Counted from the stretch's first letter, positions 1 to 8,911 are shown. The stretch: 32,000 nucleotides of DNA from Alkalilimnicola ehrlichii MLHE-1 (GCF_000014785.1 NC_008340.1:930001-962000), one strand, 5' to 3'. Numbers and translations: made by a program. The notes: generated from the sequence alone by a model not told the origin.

Positions 1-639
1 AGTGCGCTCGATCCCGCGGCGGCGGCACGTCTGCTCACCCCGGCGCCCCTGCCCGAGTTGGTGTTGGCGCTGGATGAGACCCCGGTGGAGCGGCTGCAGG
101 CGATCCTGCGGGCGCTGCCCGCTGATCGGCGGAAGGCGCTGCTGGGTGCCCTGCAGCAACCCTCGGGCGCGGTCGGCCGGTACATGCGGCCGCAGGCGCT
201 GGCGGTCACCAGCGGCACTCCGGTGGCGGGGGCCCGCGCGAAGCTGTCCCGTCACGAGGCCTATGTCCTGTTTGTGCAGGACGCGCGTGGCCGCTATCTG
301 GGTTTTGTGACCCGCAGCAGTCTCGCCGGGCGGGATGGCCGCGAGACGGTCGAGCGCGAACTCCTCGGCACGGGGATGACCCTAAGCCCGGACCAGCCCC
401 TGCGCGGCGTGCGTGGGCTGATGGCCCGTGCCGGTGTTGGCGTGCTGCCGGTGCTGGACGAGTGGGGCGGCCTGGCCGGGGCGCTTCACGGCCGTGACCT
501 GCCCCCGGTGACCGTCAACGAGGTCCGCGCCCGGCGCCATGGCGGTGGGTTGCGGCGCATGCTCAGCCTGGGTGCGGTGACCGGTGGCCTGATCGGCCTG
601 CCGCTCATCGCCGCGCTGACACTCGGCGCCCTGGTGTAA
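1..639 (+). CDS. MgtE-N/CBS-pair domain protein, 5' end outside the window
   Basis: Frame 1 is open from base 1: SALDPAAAARLLTPAPLPELVLALDE precedes the listed TTG at 58. Stop TAA at 637-639. Helical MgtE_N-like repeats (ERLQAILRALPADRRKALLGAL) are followed by two CBS-like repeats (YVLFVQDARGRYLGFVTRSSL; VGVLPVLDEWGGLAGALHGRDL) and one C-terminal hydrophobic helix (LSLGAVTGGLIGLPLIAALTLGALV). It lies 59 nt upstream of mgtE on the same strand. Confidence 0.6.
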   Translation, partial: SALDPAAAARLLTPAPLPELVLALDETPVERLQAILRALPADRRKALLGALQQPSGAVGRYMRPQALAVTSGTPVAGARAKLSRHEAYVLFVQDARGRYLGFVTRSSLAGRDGRETVERELLGTGMTLSPDQPLRGVRGLMARAGVGVLPVLDEWGGLAGALHGRDLPPVTVNEVRARRHGGGLRRMLSLGAVTGGLIGLPLIAALTLGALV

Positions 640-698
640 CCAGAGATTAACCCGGCCCGTGCATCCTCACGGGCCCTGGCCTTGTCAAGGAGGCACCC

Positions 699-2063
699 AT
701 GCAAGAAGAAGAAAACCCGCTTGTCCCCCGGATCCAGGCAGCGCTGGCGGAGCGGCGCTGGAGTGACGTGCGGGAGGCCGTGGCCGACGAGGCGGCCCAG
801 GACATCGCCGACATCATGCTGGAGCTTGAAAAGGCAGAGCGTATCTTCCTTTTCAAGCTCCTGCCCCGACACCAGGCCAATGAGGTCTTCGCCTACCTCT
901 CACCGGACAACCAGGACGCGCTCCTGGAGGACATGACCGACGAGGAGACCCGCGAGGTCCTGGCCAGCCTGACGCCGGACGATCGGACCGCGCTGCTGCA
1001 GGAACTGCCGGCGACAGCCACCCAGCGGTTGCTGGAGATGCTGCCCCCCGGGGACCGGCGCCGGGCCCAGCGGCTGTTGGGGTATCCGGATGAGTCGGTG
1101 GGCCGCCTGATGACCCCGGAGTACATCTCGGTGCGCCCCAACTGGACCATTGAACAGGCGCTGGCCCACATCCGTGCCCAGAAGGAGCGGGGCGAGACGG
1201 TGAACGTCATCCACGTCACTGATAACGAAGGCAAGCTGTTGGATGCGCTGTCTATTCGCCGCTTCATCCTGGCTGAGCCGGACAGCACGGTCGAGAGCAT
1301 CATGGACTACCGCTATATCTGTGTCTCGGCCTTCGACGACCGAGAGAAGGCGGTGGAGACCGTGCAGCACTATGACCTCTCGGCCCTGCCGGTGGTGGAC
1401 TCTGAGGGCGTGCTGCTGGGTATCGTTACCCTGGATGACGTGATGGACGTGGCCGAGGCCGAGGCCACCGAGGACTTCCACAAGCTGGGTAGTGTGGGCG
1501 TGCTCAACCTGGGGCTCAAGGACGCCAGCCTGTGGGCCCTGTACCAACGCCGCGTGGGCTGGCTGGTGCTGCTGGTCTTTATCAACATGTTCGGCGGCGA
1601 GATCATCGGGGCTTATGAGGATACCCTGGCCGCCGTGATCGTACTGGTCACCTTCCTGCCGCTGGTGGTGGATACGGCGGGTAACGCCGGCACCCAGTCC
1701 GCCACCCTGATGGTGCGTGGTCTAGCGACCGGTGACGTCAAATCGAAGGATTGGCTGAAGCTGTGGAGCAAGGAGGCCATGGTGTCCGTGGCCCTGGGTG
1801 TCACCCTGGCCGTGGCAGTCGCCTTCCTGGGCATGTATCGCGGAGGTATGGAGATCGCTTACGTGGTGGCGCTGTCCATGGTCGCCGTGGTGTTCATGGG
1901 GAGCATGATCGGCATGCTGCTGCCTTTCATCCTGGCCCGGTTCAAACTGGACCCGGCCACGGCCAGTGCGCCGCTGATCACCTCCATCGCCGACATCTTC
2001 GGCATCCTGATCTACTTCGCCATCGCCACGGCTATGTTGGATGTGACTGGAGTGACGGGATAG
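699..2063 (+). CDS. mgtE: Magnesium transporter MgtE
   Basis: 454 aa. N-terminal MgtE_N helical domain, two CBS repeats, then the multi-TM MgtE channel domain with characteristic stretches FLPLVVDTAGNAGTQSATLMVRGLATG and DPATASAPLITSIADIFGILIYFAIA. AAGGAGG Shine-Dalgarno 5 nt before the ATG. Confidence 0.93.
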   Translation: MQEEENPLVPRIQAALAERRWSDVREAVADEAAQDIADIMLELEKAERIFLFKLLPRHQANEVFAYLSPDNQDALLEDMTDEETREVLASLTPDDRTALLQELPATATQRLLEMLPPGDRRRAQRLLGYPDESVGRLMTPEYISVRPNWTIEQALAHIRAQKERGETVNVIHVTDNEGKLLDALSIRRFILAEPDSTVESIMDYRYICVSAFDDREKAVETVQHYDLSALPVVDSEGVLLGIVTLDDVMDVAEAEATEDFHKLGSVGVLNLGLKDASLWALYQRRVGWLVLLVFINMFGGEIIGAYEDTLAAVIVLVTFLPLVVDTAGNAGTQSATLMVRGLATGDVKSKDWLKLWSKEAMVSVALGVTLAVAVAFLGMYRGGMEIAYVVALSMVAVVFMGSMIGMLLPFILARFKLDPATASAPLITSIADIFGILIYFAIATAMLDVTGVTG

Positions 2064-2222
2064 CGGCCTGAACGCCGTGGCGACGCATTGGTGTGCGCCC
2101 GCTGTCGCTGCGGTGGCCGGGGTGGCAATTGGGTTGCCCCGGCGATCGGCATGTTCATGCGGCAATCGATCAACTTACCGGGTAGACTACGGACGGTTTC
2201 TATAGGCTGGAATTCAAGGCGC

Positions 2223-2789
2223 ATGAGCATCAAGTCTGACAAATGGATCCGCCGCATGGCCGAGCAGGCCGGCATGATCGAGCCCTTTGAGCCGGGGCAG
2301 GTGCGGGAGGCGGGGGGTGAAAAGGTGATCTCCTACGGCACGTCCAGCTACGGCTATGACGTGCGCTGTTCGTCGCACTTCAAGATCTTCACCAACATCA
2401 ACACAGCCATCGTCGACCCCAAGGCCTTCGACAGCCGCAGTTTCGTCGACGTGGAGTCGGACGTCTGCATCATCCCGCCCAACTCCTTTGCCCTGGCGCA
2501 CACGGTGGAGTACTTCCGCATCCCGCGCAACGTGCTCACCATTTGCCTGGGCAAATCCACCTACGCCCGCTGCGGCATTATCGTCAACGTCACGCCGCTG
2601 GAGCCGGAGTGGGAGGGGCATGTGACCCTGGAGTTCTCCAACACCACCCCGCTGCCGGCAAAGATCTACGCCAACGAGGGGGTGGCGCAGATGCTGTTCC
2701 TGGAGTCCGACGAGGAGTGCGAGACCTCCTACAAGGACCGGGGCGGCAAGTACCAGGGCCAGCGCGGGGTGACCCTGCCGCGAGGCTGA
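2223..2789 (+). CDS. dcd: dCTP deaminase
   Basis: The ATG at 2223 gives 188 aa, [29 protein letters not shown]... The product is colinear with gammaproteobacterial Dcd as I recall it, e.g. [61 protein letters not shown] and [17 protein letters not shown]. The 45 extra N-terminal codons of the track ORF (start 2088) are Cys/Arg/Gly-rich and non-homologous. Confidence 0.93.
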   Translation: MSIKSDKWIRRMAEQAGMIEPFEPGQVREAGGEKVISYGTSSYGYDVRCSSHFKIFTNINTAIVDPKAFDSRSFVDVESDVCIIPPNSFALAHTVEYFRIPRNVLTICLGKSTYARCGIIVNVTPLEPEWEGHVTLEFSNTTPLPAKIYANEGVAQMLFLESDEECETSYKDRGGKYQGQRGVTLPRG

Positions 2790-2820
2790 CGCGCAGCGGC
2801 CCGTGGCAGGGCCTCGCGCC

Positions 2821-3168
2821 TCAGGCGAGCAGCTCCAGCAGCCGTTCCGGCGGCCGGCCGATGACGGCGCCCCGGTCGCTGACGCCGATGGGGCGTTCCA
2901 GTAGCCGGGGATGTTCTGCGATGGCCTGGAGCAGGGTCTCGCGGTCCAGGCCCGGGTCGTCCAGTGCCAGTTCCTTGTACAGCTTCTCCTTGCGCCGCAT
3001 CATGCCGCGCGGGTCATGGATGTCGAGCCGCTCCATCAGCGATGCCAGCTCGTCGGTGCCCGGCGGGGTCTTCAGGTATTGGATCACCTCCGGCTCCACG
3101 CCGTGGGCCTGCAGCAGTTTGAGCCCCTCGCGGGACTTGCTGCAGCGGGGGTTGTGGTAATAGCGCAT
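2821..3168 (-). CDS. arsC: ArsC-family reductase (glutaredoxin-type arsenate reductase / YfgD-like)
   Basis: The ATG at 3168 gives 115 aa, MRYYHNPRCSKSREGLKLLQAHGVEPEVIQYLKTPP...ERPIGVSDRGAVIGRPPERLLELL. It has the conserved YHNPRCSKSR active-site loop and overall colinearity with the ArsC/YfgD family. GGAGGAGA Shine-Dalgarno upstream. The longer track ORF (to 3243) adds non-homologous residues. Confidence 0.8.
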   Translation of the reverse strand: MRYYHNPRCSKSREGLKLLQAHGVEPEVIQYLKTPPGTDELASLMERLDIHDPRGMMRRKEKLYKELALDDPGLDRETLLQAIAEHPRLLERPIGVSDRGAVIGRPPERLLELLA

Positions 3169-3246
3169 GAGCGTCTCCTCCCGTAGTCCGGTTTCCATTT
3201 GTTCGCAATGGTTTGCCGCCGGCGCACAGCGGCCTCGGCCCAAGGC

Positions 3247-6200
3247 TCAGGCCAGTAGCGCCGCCTCCAGCCAGTCGATGATTTCAGCGTCGCGCCCGAT
3301 CGCCTCCAGGGGCAGCTCCACCTTGGCCAGCGCGGCGCGATAGCGCTCGTCGCGCTCCAATCGGGGCTGCGGGTCCAGGTGGCCCTCCGCCTCCAGGTAG
3401 CTCTCCAGCTCCTCGAGCTTGGCCCGGCGGAAGCCTGAGACCTCGCCGGCACCCAGGGCCTCCAGCAGGGCCCGGGCATCGCCGTGGTGGGCGTCGTTGA
3501 GTTCGGCGACCCGTGGCATAAAGGTGTCGCTCACCGCCCCGCTGGCCTCCAGCACCGCCCGGGTGACCGGCCGGCCGCGACCCTGGCGCCAGGCCTGCAG
3601 CCAGTGGTGGGCCAGTTGCACGCGGCGCGAGAGCTGCTCGCGCAGTTCCGCTGGCAGGTGGTGTTTAAGGGCCGGGTCCTCCAGCAGCCGCTGCAACTCG
3701 CCGCTGTGGTGGACGCGGTAGTCGCGCAGCAGCCGGTGGAGGGTGTCGAGCCGGTCGCGCAACAGGTGAAAGAGGTGGATCTCGCCGGCCGGACGCCAGG
3801 GGTCGATGCCGGGCACCTGCAGGGCGCGGGCGTAGCTTTCGGCGGTGTGCCCGTCCGGGGCCGGGACCGGCTCCGCCTCCGGCAGTTGCAGGGCTTGGTC
3901 GGACAGTGCGGAACCGGTACCGCGCAGTTGGGCCAGTTCGATGCAGTGGGGCCGCTGGCCCAGGGCGAGCTCCCAGCGCCGGGCGTCCTCCGGCTGGGCG
4001 CTCAGGTAGAAGATCTGGCGGCCGGTCTCCAGTAGCGCTGCGAGGCTGCCGGCCACCGCCTGGAAGCGTTCCGGGTCGGTGGTGGTGAGGGCCTCGTCGA
4101 GGATCAGGGGTAGCGGCCGGGTCTGGCGCTCCAGTTGCTCCAGCCACGCCACTCGCAGGGCGATCAGCAGTTGCATGCGGGTGCCGGTGGAGAGGCGCTC
4201 CAGCGGCTGGGGCTGTTCGCTATGGTGGTCCATTGCCTGCAGTCGCTGGTCCGGGCCCAGGCGTAACCCATAGCGCTGGTGGGTGAAGCGGGCAAAGAGC
4301 CGGTCCGCCCGGGCCAGGGCCTCGGGGCGGTGGGCCTGTTCGTGCCGGCGGGCCACGCGCTCCAGCAGGAACCGGGCCGCGGCCGCGGATAGGGCCTGTT
4401 CGCGCTCTCCGGCCAGCGCCTCGCGCGCCTCCTCGCGCTGGGCCAGGGCCTCCTCCAGGTCGTGGCGCTGGCGGGTCTGTTCCAGGCGGGTGCGGATGCC
4501 GGCGCGCTCCTCGCGCAGCGGCTCCAGCCGTCCGGCGGCCTCGGCGGCGTCCTCAGCGGCGCGGCGCAGGGCGGGCTCATCGCCGGCCTCCAGCCACTCG
4601 ATGATGTCGGGGTCGGCCTGCCCCTCCAGGTCCTCACGGCGCAGCCGGTAATTGCTCCGTGCGGCCTCCAGGGCCTGCCGGCAGGCCTGCCACTCAGGGA
4701 GCTGGTCGATGCGTTCCAGCAGGGTGGCCCGCTGGTCGGGTTGCAGGCCGGCGTCGTGGTAGAGCTGGTCGAGCTGCCGGCGGGTATCCCGAAGCTGGCG
4801 CTCCAATTCCCGGATCAGTCGAGTGGCGTTGTCCGCCTGCTGGCGGGCACGCTCGGCGGCCTCGCAGCGTTGCCGCAGGTCGTCCAGGGCGGCGCCCAGT
4901 GCCTCGCTGCGCTCCTCGCGCGGGGCGGTGTGCCAGGTCGCCAGGAAGTGGTGCAGGGTGTCGCGCAGGGTGTCGAGTTCCTGGGCCTGGCGGTCCAGTA
5001 CGGCCTCCTGGGCGGCCTGTTGTTCGCGGGCCTCCTGATGGCGGCTCAGCAGGCGGACGGCGCGGTCGAAGGCCAGCGGCAGTTCCGCGTCCAGGCCCAG
5101 GGCGGCGGCATGCCGGTGGAGGGCCTGCTCCGCCTCAGCCTGTTCTGTGCGCGCCCGGCCCCTTTGCGCGTGGAGTTGGTCGGCCTCCTGGCGCCGCTGC
5201 TGAAGGCTTCGGGCCTGGTGCCAGGCCTGTTCCAGCTCATCCAGGCGTTGCCGGACGGCGGCCTCCTCCCAGACCTCCGGGGCGGGGAGCGGCAGTTCAG
5301 TAAACCGGGTCTCGCTCTCGCGCCGGTCCCGGCGGCGCCCCATTGCCACGGCACTGGCACCGAGGCCGGCGAGCACCACCAGGCTGCTGGCCACGGTGGG
5401 CCAGTGGCCAAGGGTGAGCCCCAGTGCCGCGGTACCCGCGCCGCCCAGCCCGGTCAGCCCGAGGCCCAGCCAGTGCAGCGGCCGCGGGGCAGGCTGGCGC
5501 AGCCAGCGGCGCAGTTCATGGCAGCCCCGTTCCAGTGGCGCGGGGTCGAAGGGCTCAGCGTTGGGCTCCAGGGTTGCCAGGCGGGCGTCCAGCGCCTGGA
5601 GGCGTTCCCGTGCCGCGTGGGCCTCGTGGGCCAGCCGCTCCAGGCCGGCCAGCTCCTCCGGGGAGAGCGCCGGTTGCGCCCGGTCGTCGTCGGGGCCGCG
5701 GCCCAGGGCGCGGGCCGCCTGGGCCGCGGCCCGGCGGGTGGCAGCCAGTTGCTCGTGGGTATGGCGGACCTGTTCCTCCAGCCGGGTGAGCCGACGGGCC
5801 TGCTCGCCGGCGGCTTGCAGCTCCGCCGGTGGCGGGCCGCCATCCGCCAGACCGGTCGCCTGCCGGTCGGCCTCCGCCCGGGCCTGGTCGTCGCGGGCGC
5901 TGGCCAGGGCGCGTGCCAGTTCCGCCTCCTGCTGCTCCAGGGTCTCCAGCCGGTCGCGGGTCAGGCCGACGGGCATGGGATCGGGATAGCGGGCCAGGCG
6001 ATCCTCCTGGTGGCGCAGTTCCCGCGCGGCGTCGAGGGCCAGCAAGGCCTGCTCACAGGCCTGCCGGCGTTCCCGGGCCCGTTGCGCCTCGGCCACGGCC
6101 TCGCTGAGTTCCGGCAGTCGGGCCTCGTCGCTGGCCAGCGCCTGGTGTTCGCGCTCCACCCGGCGCAGGGCCTGCTGGCGCTGTTGCAGTTCCCGGGCGG

Positions 6201-6660
6201 CGATGCGCCCCCGCTGGGCGGACAGGCTGAACGGCTGACTCTCCCGCAGGGCCTGCAGGTCGTAGCCGCCCTGCATCTCGCGGCGCAGGGTGGCCTCGGC
6301 GGCCTGGTCCTCGCGGGTGGTTTCGAGCAGGCGGTCGAGCCCGATCCAGTAATAGCCGAGCCCCTCGGCGCCGGGCAGGGGTGGGGGCGCGCAGGGTTCG
6401 CCGTCGCAGCGCCAGTGGATGTCGCGGCCCAGCCGATCCACCTGCCATTGCCGCTCTCCCTCGCTGAAGGTGGCCGACAGCACCAGGTTGGCGGGGTCGT
6501 CGGTGCGGGTCTCCATCAGATGGCGCAGGGCCCGCACCACGCTGCTCTTGCCGGAGGCGTTGGGCCCCAGCAGCAGGTTGATCCGCGGGTCCAGCCCCTC
6601 CAGGTCGAATCCGGGGTGGATGCCGGGCAGTTGCCGAATGTGCAGGCTCTCGAGCTTCAT
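3247..6660 (-). CDS. SMC/SbcC-like coiled-coil AAA ATPase (YhaN-type) with a central membrane hairpin
   Basis: The ATG at 6660 (MKLESLHIRQLPG...) gives 1137 aa. Walker A is LLLGPNASGKSSVV at the N-terminus. ABC-signature-like LSTGTRMQLLIAL and Walker B LPLILDEAL lie near residue ~850. Between them are very long Ala/Arg/Glu/Leu/Gln-rich heptad-like segments. The start overlaps the stop of the upstream phosphoesterase gene by 4 nt (ATGA at 6657-6660). Confidence 0.8.
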   Translation of the reverse strand: MKLESLHIRQLPGIHPGFDLEGLDPRINLLLGPNASGKSSVVRALRHLMETRTDDPANLVLSATFSEGERQWQVDRLGRDIHWRCDGEPCAPPPLPGAEGLGYYWIGLDRLLETTREDQAAEATLRREMQGGYDLQALRESQPFSLSAQRGRIAARELQQRQQALRRVEREHQALASDEARLPELSEAVAEAQRARERRQACEQALLALDAARELRHQEDRLARYPDPMPVGLTRDRLETLEQQEAELARALASARDDQARAEADRQATGLADGGPPPAELQAAGEQARRLTRLEEQVRHTHEQLAATRRAAAQAARALGRGPDDDRAQPALSPEELAGLERLAHEAHAARERLQALDARLATLEPNAEPFDPAPLERGCHELRRWLRQPAPRPLHWLGLGLTGLGGAGTAALGLTLGHWPTVASSLVVLAGLGASAVAMGRRRDRRESETRFTELPLPAPEVWEEAAVRQRLDELEQAWHQARSLQQRRQEADQLHAQRGRARTEQAEAEQALHRHAAALGLDAELPLAFDRAVRLLSRHQEAREQQAAQEAVLDRQAQELDTLRDTLHHFLATWHTAPREERSEALGAALDDLRQRCEAAERARQQADNATRLIRELERQLRDTRRQLDQLYHDAGLQPDQRATLLERIDQLPEWQACRQALEAARSNYRLRREDLEGQADPDIIEWLEAGDEPALRRAAEDAAEAAGRLEPLREERAGIRTRLEQTRQRHDLEEALAQREEAREALAGEREQALSAAAARFLLERVARRHEQAHRPEALARADRLFARFTHQRYGLRLGPDQRLQAMDHHSEQPQPLERLSTGTRMQLLIALRVAWLEQLERQTRPLPLILDEALTTTDPERFQAVAGSLAALLETGRQIFYLSAQPEDARRWELALGQRPHCIELAQLRGTGSALSDQALQLPEAEPVPAPDGHTAESYARALQVPGIDPWRPAGEIHLFHLLRDRLDTLHRLLRDYRVHHSGELQRLLEDPALKHHLPAELREQLSRRVQLAHHWLQAWRQGRGRPVTRAVLEASGAVSDTFMPRVAELNDAHHGDARALLEALGAGEVSGFRRAKLEELESYLEAEGHLDPQPRLERDERYRAALAKVELPLEAIGRDAEIIDWLEAALLA

Positions 6661-7943
6661 GCGTCCGCCGCCTTCTGCGCGAGCAGAGCATCCAGGGCGG
6701 CCGTGCCGGCCTGCCACAGGCGGTCGGCCACGGCCCGATCATCCAGGGGGACGGGCGCCAGGTCCTGCCAGTGCTTGTGGCGGCACTCCGCCTCCAGGGC
6801 CTCCCGCGCCTCAGCAACCAGATTGCGGTACTCCGGATCGTCCGGGCCGGCGCGCAGGGCGAGCAGCTGGGCGGCCAGCAACCCCGCCGGGCTTGCCTCC
6901 CGGGCCAGGTGGCTCAGGTCGATTTCGGGGAGGGTCTCCAGGTGCAGGCGGTTGACGAAGACATCGGGCGGGCCGGGTAGCAGGGGGCTGTCCCGCAACT
7001 CATCGGCCAGCCGGTCGCGGACGGTGCCGCCTTGATCGACGCGCCCGGTGAGGCGGACCTGCAGGCCGACCAGCCGGGGTTGCCAGGCCTCGCCCTGCAG
7101 CCTCGCCTGCAGCGCCCGGACCTGCTCCAGCAGGCGGGTGCGACCATCTGCCGCATCGTTGAGGCCGCTCAGGTCGACAGCCAGTTCGTACCATTGCAGA
7201 GGCGCCAGCGGCCACTGCCGGAGTTCGGTGATGCCGCGACCATCCAGGCGGTAGAGCCAAGGCCCGCGTGGCCCGATCTCCGTGCGGCGCAGGGCGGTGA
7301 CCGAGCCCAGGTAGCCGGAGGGGTGCCCGGGGTCCAGCGGGTCGGGCCGGTGGATGTGGCCCAGTAGCCAGGCGTCCAGCCCGGCGCGTTCCAATTCGCC
7401 GGAGCTGACCGGGGCGTAGGGGCTGTCGGCCTGGTCGCGGTCACAGTGGAGCAGGCCGAGCTGCGGGCAGGACGCCGGCGGGAAGCGGTGATCGGCCAGC
7501 GGACTCAGTGCGCGCCGGGCCTCGACGAATGACCAGCCATGGACGATGGCTTCGGTGCCGTCGCGGCCACACAGCCGGGCCGCCTGCCAGCTACCGTCGG
7601 CGCCGAGCAGTTCGAAACCGGGCAGCTCCCGGGCCAGCCGGGGCAGCACGGCGGTGTCATGGTTGCCGCTGACTCCGAGCACGCGGATACCGGCCTCAAC
7701 CAAGCGCCGGACCCCGGTATGGAGCAGGCCGTAGGCCTCGAAGAAGTCCTGCTCCTGCTCTACCACGTCACCGGCAAAGAGCACCGCATCCACCGGCTGG
7801 CGGATGGCCGCATCCACCAGCCGTTGCCACGCTGCTGCGGGACCCAGGCGCGCCGGGTCATGTTGCTCGACGACCGCCTGGGGCAGCCCGGCGGGGCGGC
7901 GGCCCAGGTGCAGATCGCCCACGGCGAGGATCTCGAGCGTCAT
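6657..7943 (-). CDS. Calcineurin-like metallophosphoesterase, SbcD/Mre11-like (YhaO-type) nuclease
   Basis: 428 aa from the ATG at 7943 (MTLEILAVGDLHLG...). Phosphoesterase motifs appear in order: GDLH, FAGDVVE, VSGNHD, LLGHIHRP. GGAGG lies upstream of 7943, whereas the alternative ATG at 7961 has no SD. Translationally coupled to the downstream ATPase gene. Confidence 0.8.
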   Translation of the reverse strand: MTLEILAVGDLHLGRRPAGLPQAVVEQHDPARLGPAAAWQRLVDAAIRQPVDAVLFAGDVVEQEQDFFEAYGLLHTGVRRLVEAGIRVLGVSGNHDTAVLPRLARELPGFELLGADGSWQAARLCGRDGTEAIVHGWSFVEARRALSPLADHRFPPASCPQLGLLHCDRDQADSPYAPVSSGELERAGLDAWLLGHIHRPDPLDPGHPSGYLGSVTALRRTEIGPRGPWLYRLDGRGITELRQWPLAPLQWYELAVDLSGLNDAADGRTRLLEQVRALQARLQGEAWQPRLVGLQVRLTGRVDQGGTVRDRLADELRDSPLLPGPPDVFVNRLHLETLPEIDLSHLAREASPAGLLAAQLLALRAGPDDPEYRNLVAEAREALEAECRHKHWQDLAPVPLDDRAVADRLWQAGTAALDALLAQKAADA

Positions 7944-8143
7944 GCCTGCGTGTTCCTCCATAAGGACCGATGGGTATTGTACAGGGGGCGACGCCGGTGC
8001 GAGACAAAGGGCATATGCTTATAACTGGAACGGCTATAATCTATCACCGTCTTCGGCAGGTTCTATTGGCCAGAATGGTTTTAAATCTATAACATTCGGA
8101 AACGTTGATACGGAACGACTGTCGCTAACCAAGAGAGGTCGAC

Positions 8144-8806
8144 ATGACTGAAGAAGTGAATGAACAGCAAGAGCCCGTCCTCGCCATGCCGCAGCTGAAC
8201 AAGCCGGCCCCGGACTTCGAGGCGCAGACGACCCACGGCCCGAAGAAGCTCAGCGACTACCGCGGCAAGTGGGTGGTGTTGTTCTCCCACCCGGCGGACT
8301 TCACCCCGGTCTGCACCACCGAGTTCATGGCCTTCGCCCAGCGGTCCGAGGACTTCAAGGCCCTGAATACCGAGCTGCTGGGGCTGTCCATTGATGGCAT
8401 CCATGCCCACGTTGCCTGGGTCCGCAACATCAAGGAGAACTTTGGCGTCGAGATCAACTTCCCGATCATCGCCGACCTGAACATGAAGGTCGCCAATGCC
8501 TACGGGATGGTGCAGCCGGGTGCCAGCGACACCTCCGCGGTGCGTGCCACCTTCTTCATCGATCCCGAGGGCATCCTTCGGGCCATGATCTACTACCCGA
8601 TGACCAACGGCCGCTCCATCGACGAGGCCCTGCGCCTGGTCAAGAGCCTGCAGACCTCGCAGGAGCACGGCGTGGCCACCCCCGAGGCCTGGCAGCCGGG
8701 TGATCCGGTGATCGTGCCGCCGCCGGCGACCGTCGAGGAGGCTGAGGCGCGCAAGGATCAGGGCTACGATTACGTGGACTGGTACTTCTGCAAGAAGACC
8801 CTGTAA
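8144..8806 (+). CDS. 1-Cys peroxiredoxin (Prx6 / LsfA-like)
   Basis: 220 aa. It has the AhpC/TSA fold signature with peroxidatic Cys in FSHPADFTPVCTTEF, plus the Prx6-type C-terminal extension. Preceded by an AT-rich intergenic region and followed by a strong terminator. Confidence 0.9.
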   Translation: MTEEVNEQQEPVLAMPQLNKPAPDFEAQTTHGPKKLSDYRGKWVVLFSHPADFTPVCTTEFMAFAQRSEDFKALNTELLGLSIDGIHAHVAWVRNIKENFGVEINFPIIADLNMKVANAYGMVQPGASDTSAVRATFFIDPEGILRAMIYYPMTNGRSIDEALRLVKSLQTSQEHGVATPEAWQPGDPVIVPPPATVEEAEARKDQGYDYVDWYFCKKTL

Positions 8807-8859
8807 TCGGTCCAGAGGCCTCCGCGTCATAGCAGTATGAGATGACGTTGATGGGTCCA

Positions 8860-8894
8860 GCCGGGGTGCCACTGCGGTATCCCGGCCTTTTTTA
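8860..8894 (+). terminator. Rho-independent terminator after the peroxiredoxin gene
   Basis: GCCGGGGTGCC-ACTGC-GGTATCCCGGC forms an 11-bp stem (two G-U pairs) with a 5-nt loop, followed directly by CTTTTTTAT. Confidence 0.75.
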
Positions 8895-8911
8895 TATGGG
8901 AGGAGCGCATC

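Noticed and set aside
654-675. Hairpin GGCCCGTG-CATCCT-CACGGGCC as a terminator or Mg riboswitch before mgtE
   Set aside because: No U-tract follows it. The 59-nt spacer is far too short for an M-box riboswitch, which is in any case mainly a Firmicute element. It is kept only as a note within the mgtE finding.
2088-2222. Longer N-terminal extensions offered by the ORF track (dcd 2088, arsC 3243, ATPase 6717, phosphoesterase 7961, usp 14855, exonuclease 18025, 4-TM protein 28356, rpmA 31149)
   Set aside because: In each case an internal start matches the conserved family N-terminus and/or has a better SD. It also removes overlaps with the neighbouring gene, and the extra residues are non-homologous low-complexity sequence.
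4462-7035. 857-aa ORF on the + strand, plus several other 100-250 aa ORFs in 3400-7400
   Set aside because: It is antisense to the ATPase and phosphoesterase genes and spans their junction. The product is low-complexity Gly/Ala/Leu/Gln/Pro-rich with no recognisable motif, while the opposite strand carries Walker A/B and phosphoesterase motifs. This is a typical high-GC antisense open frame.
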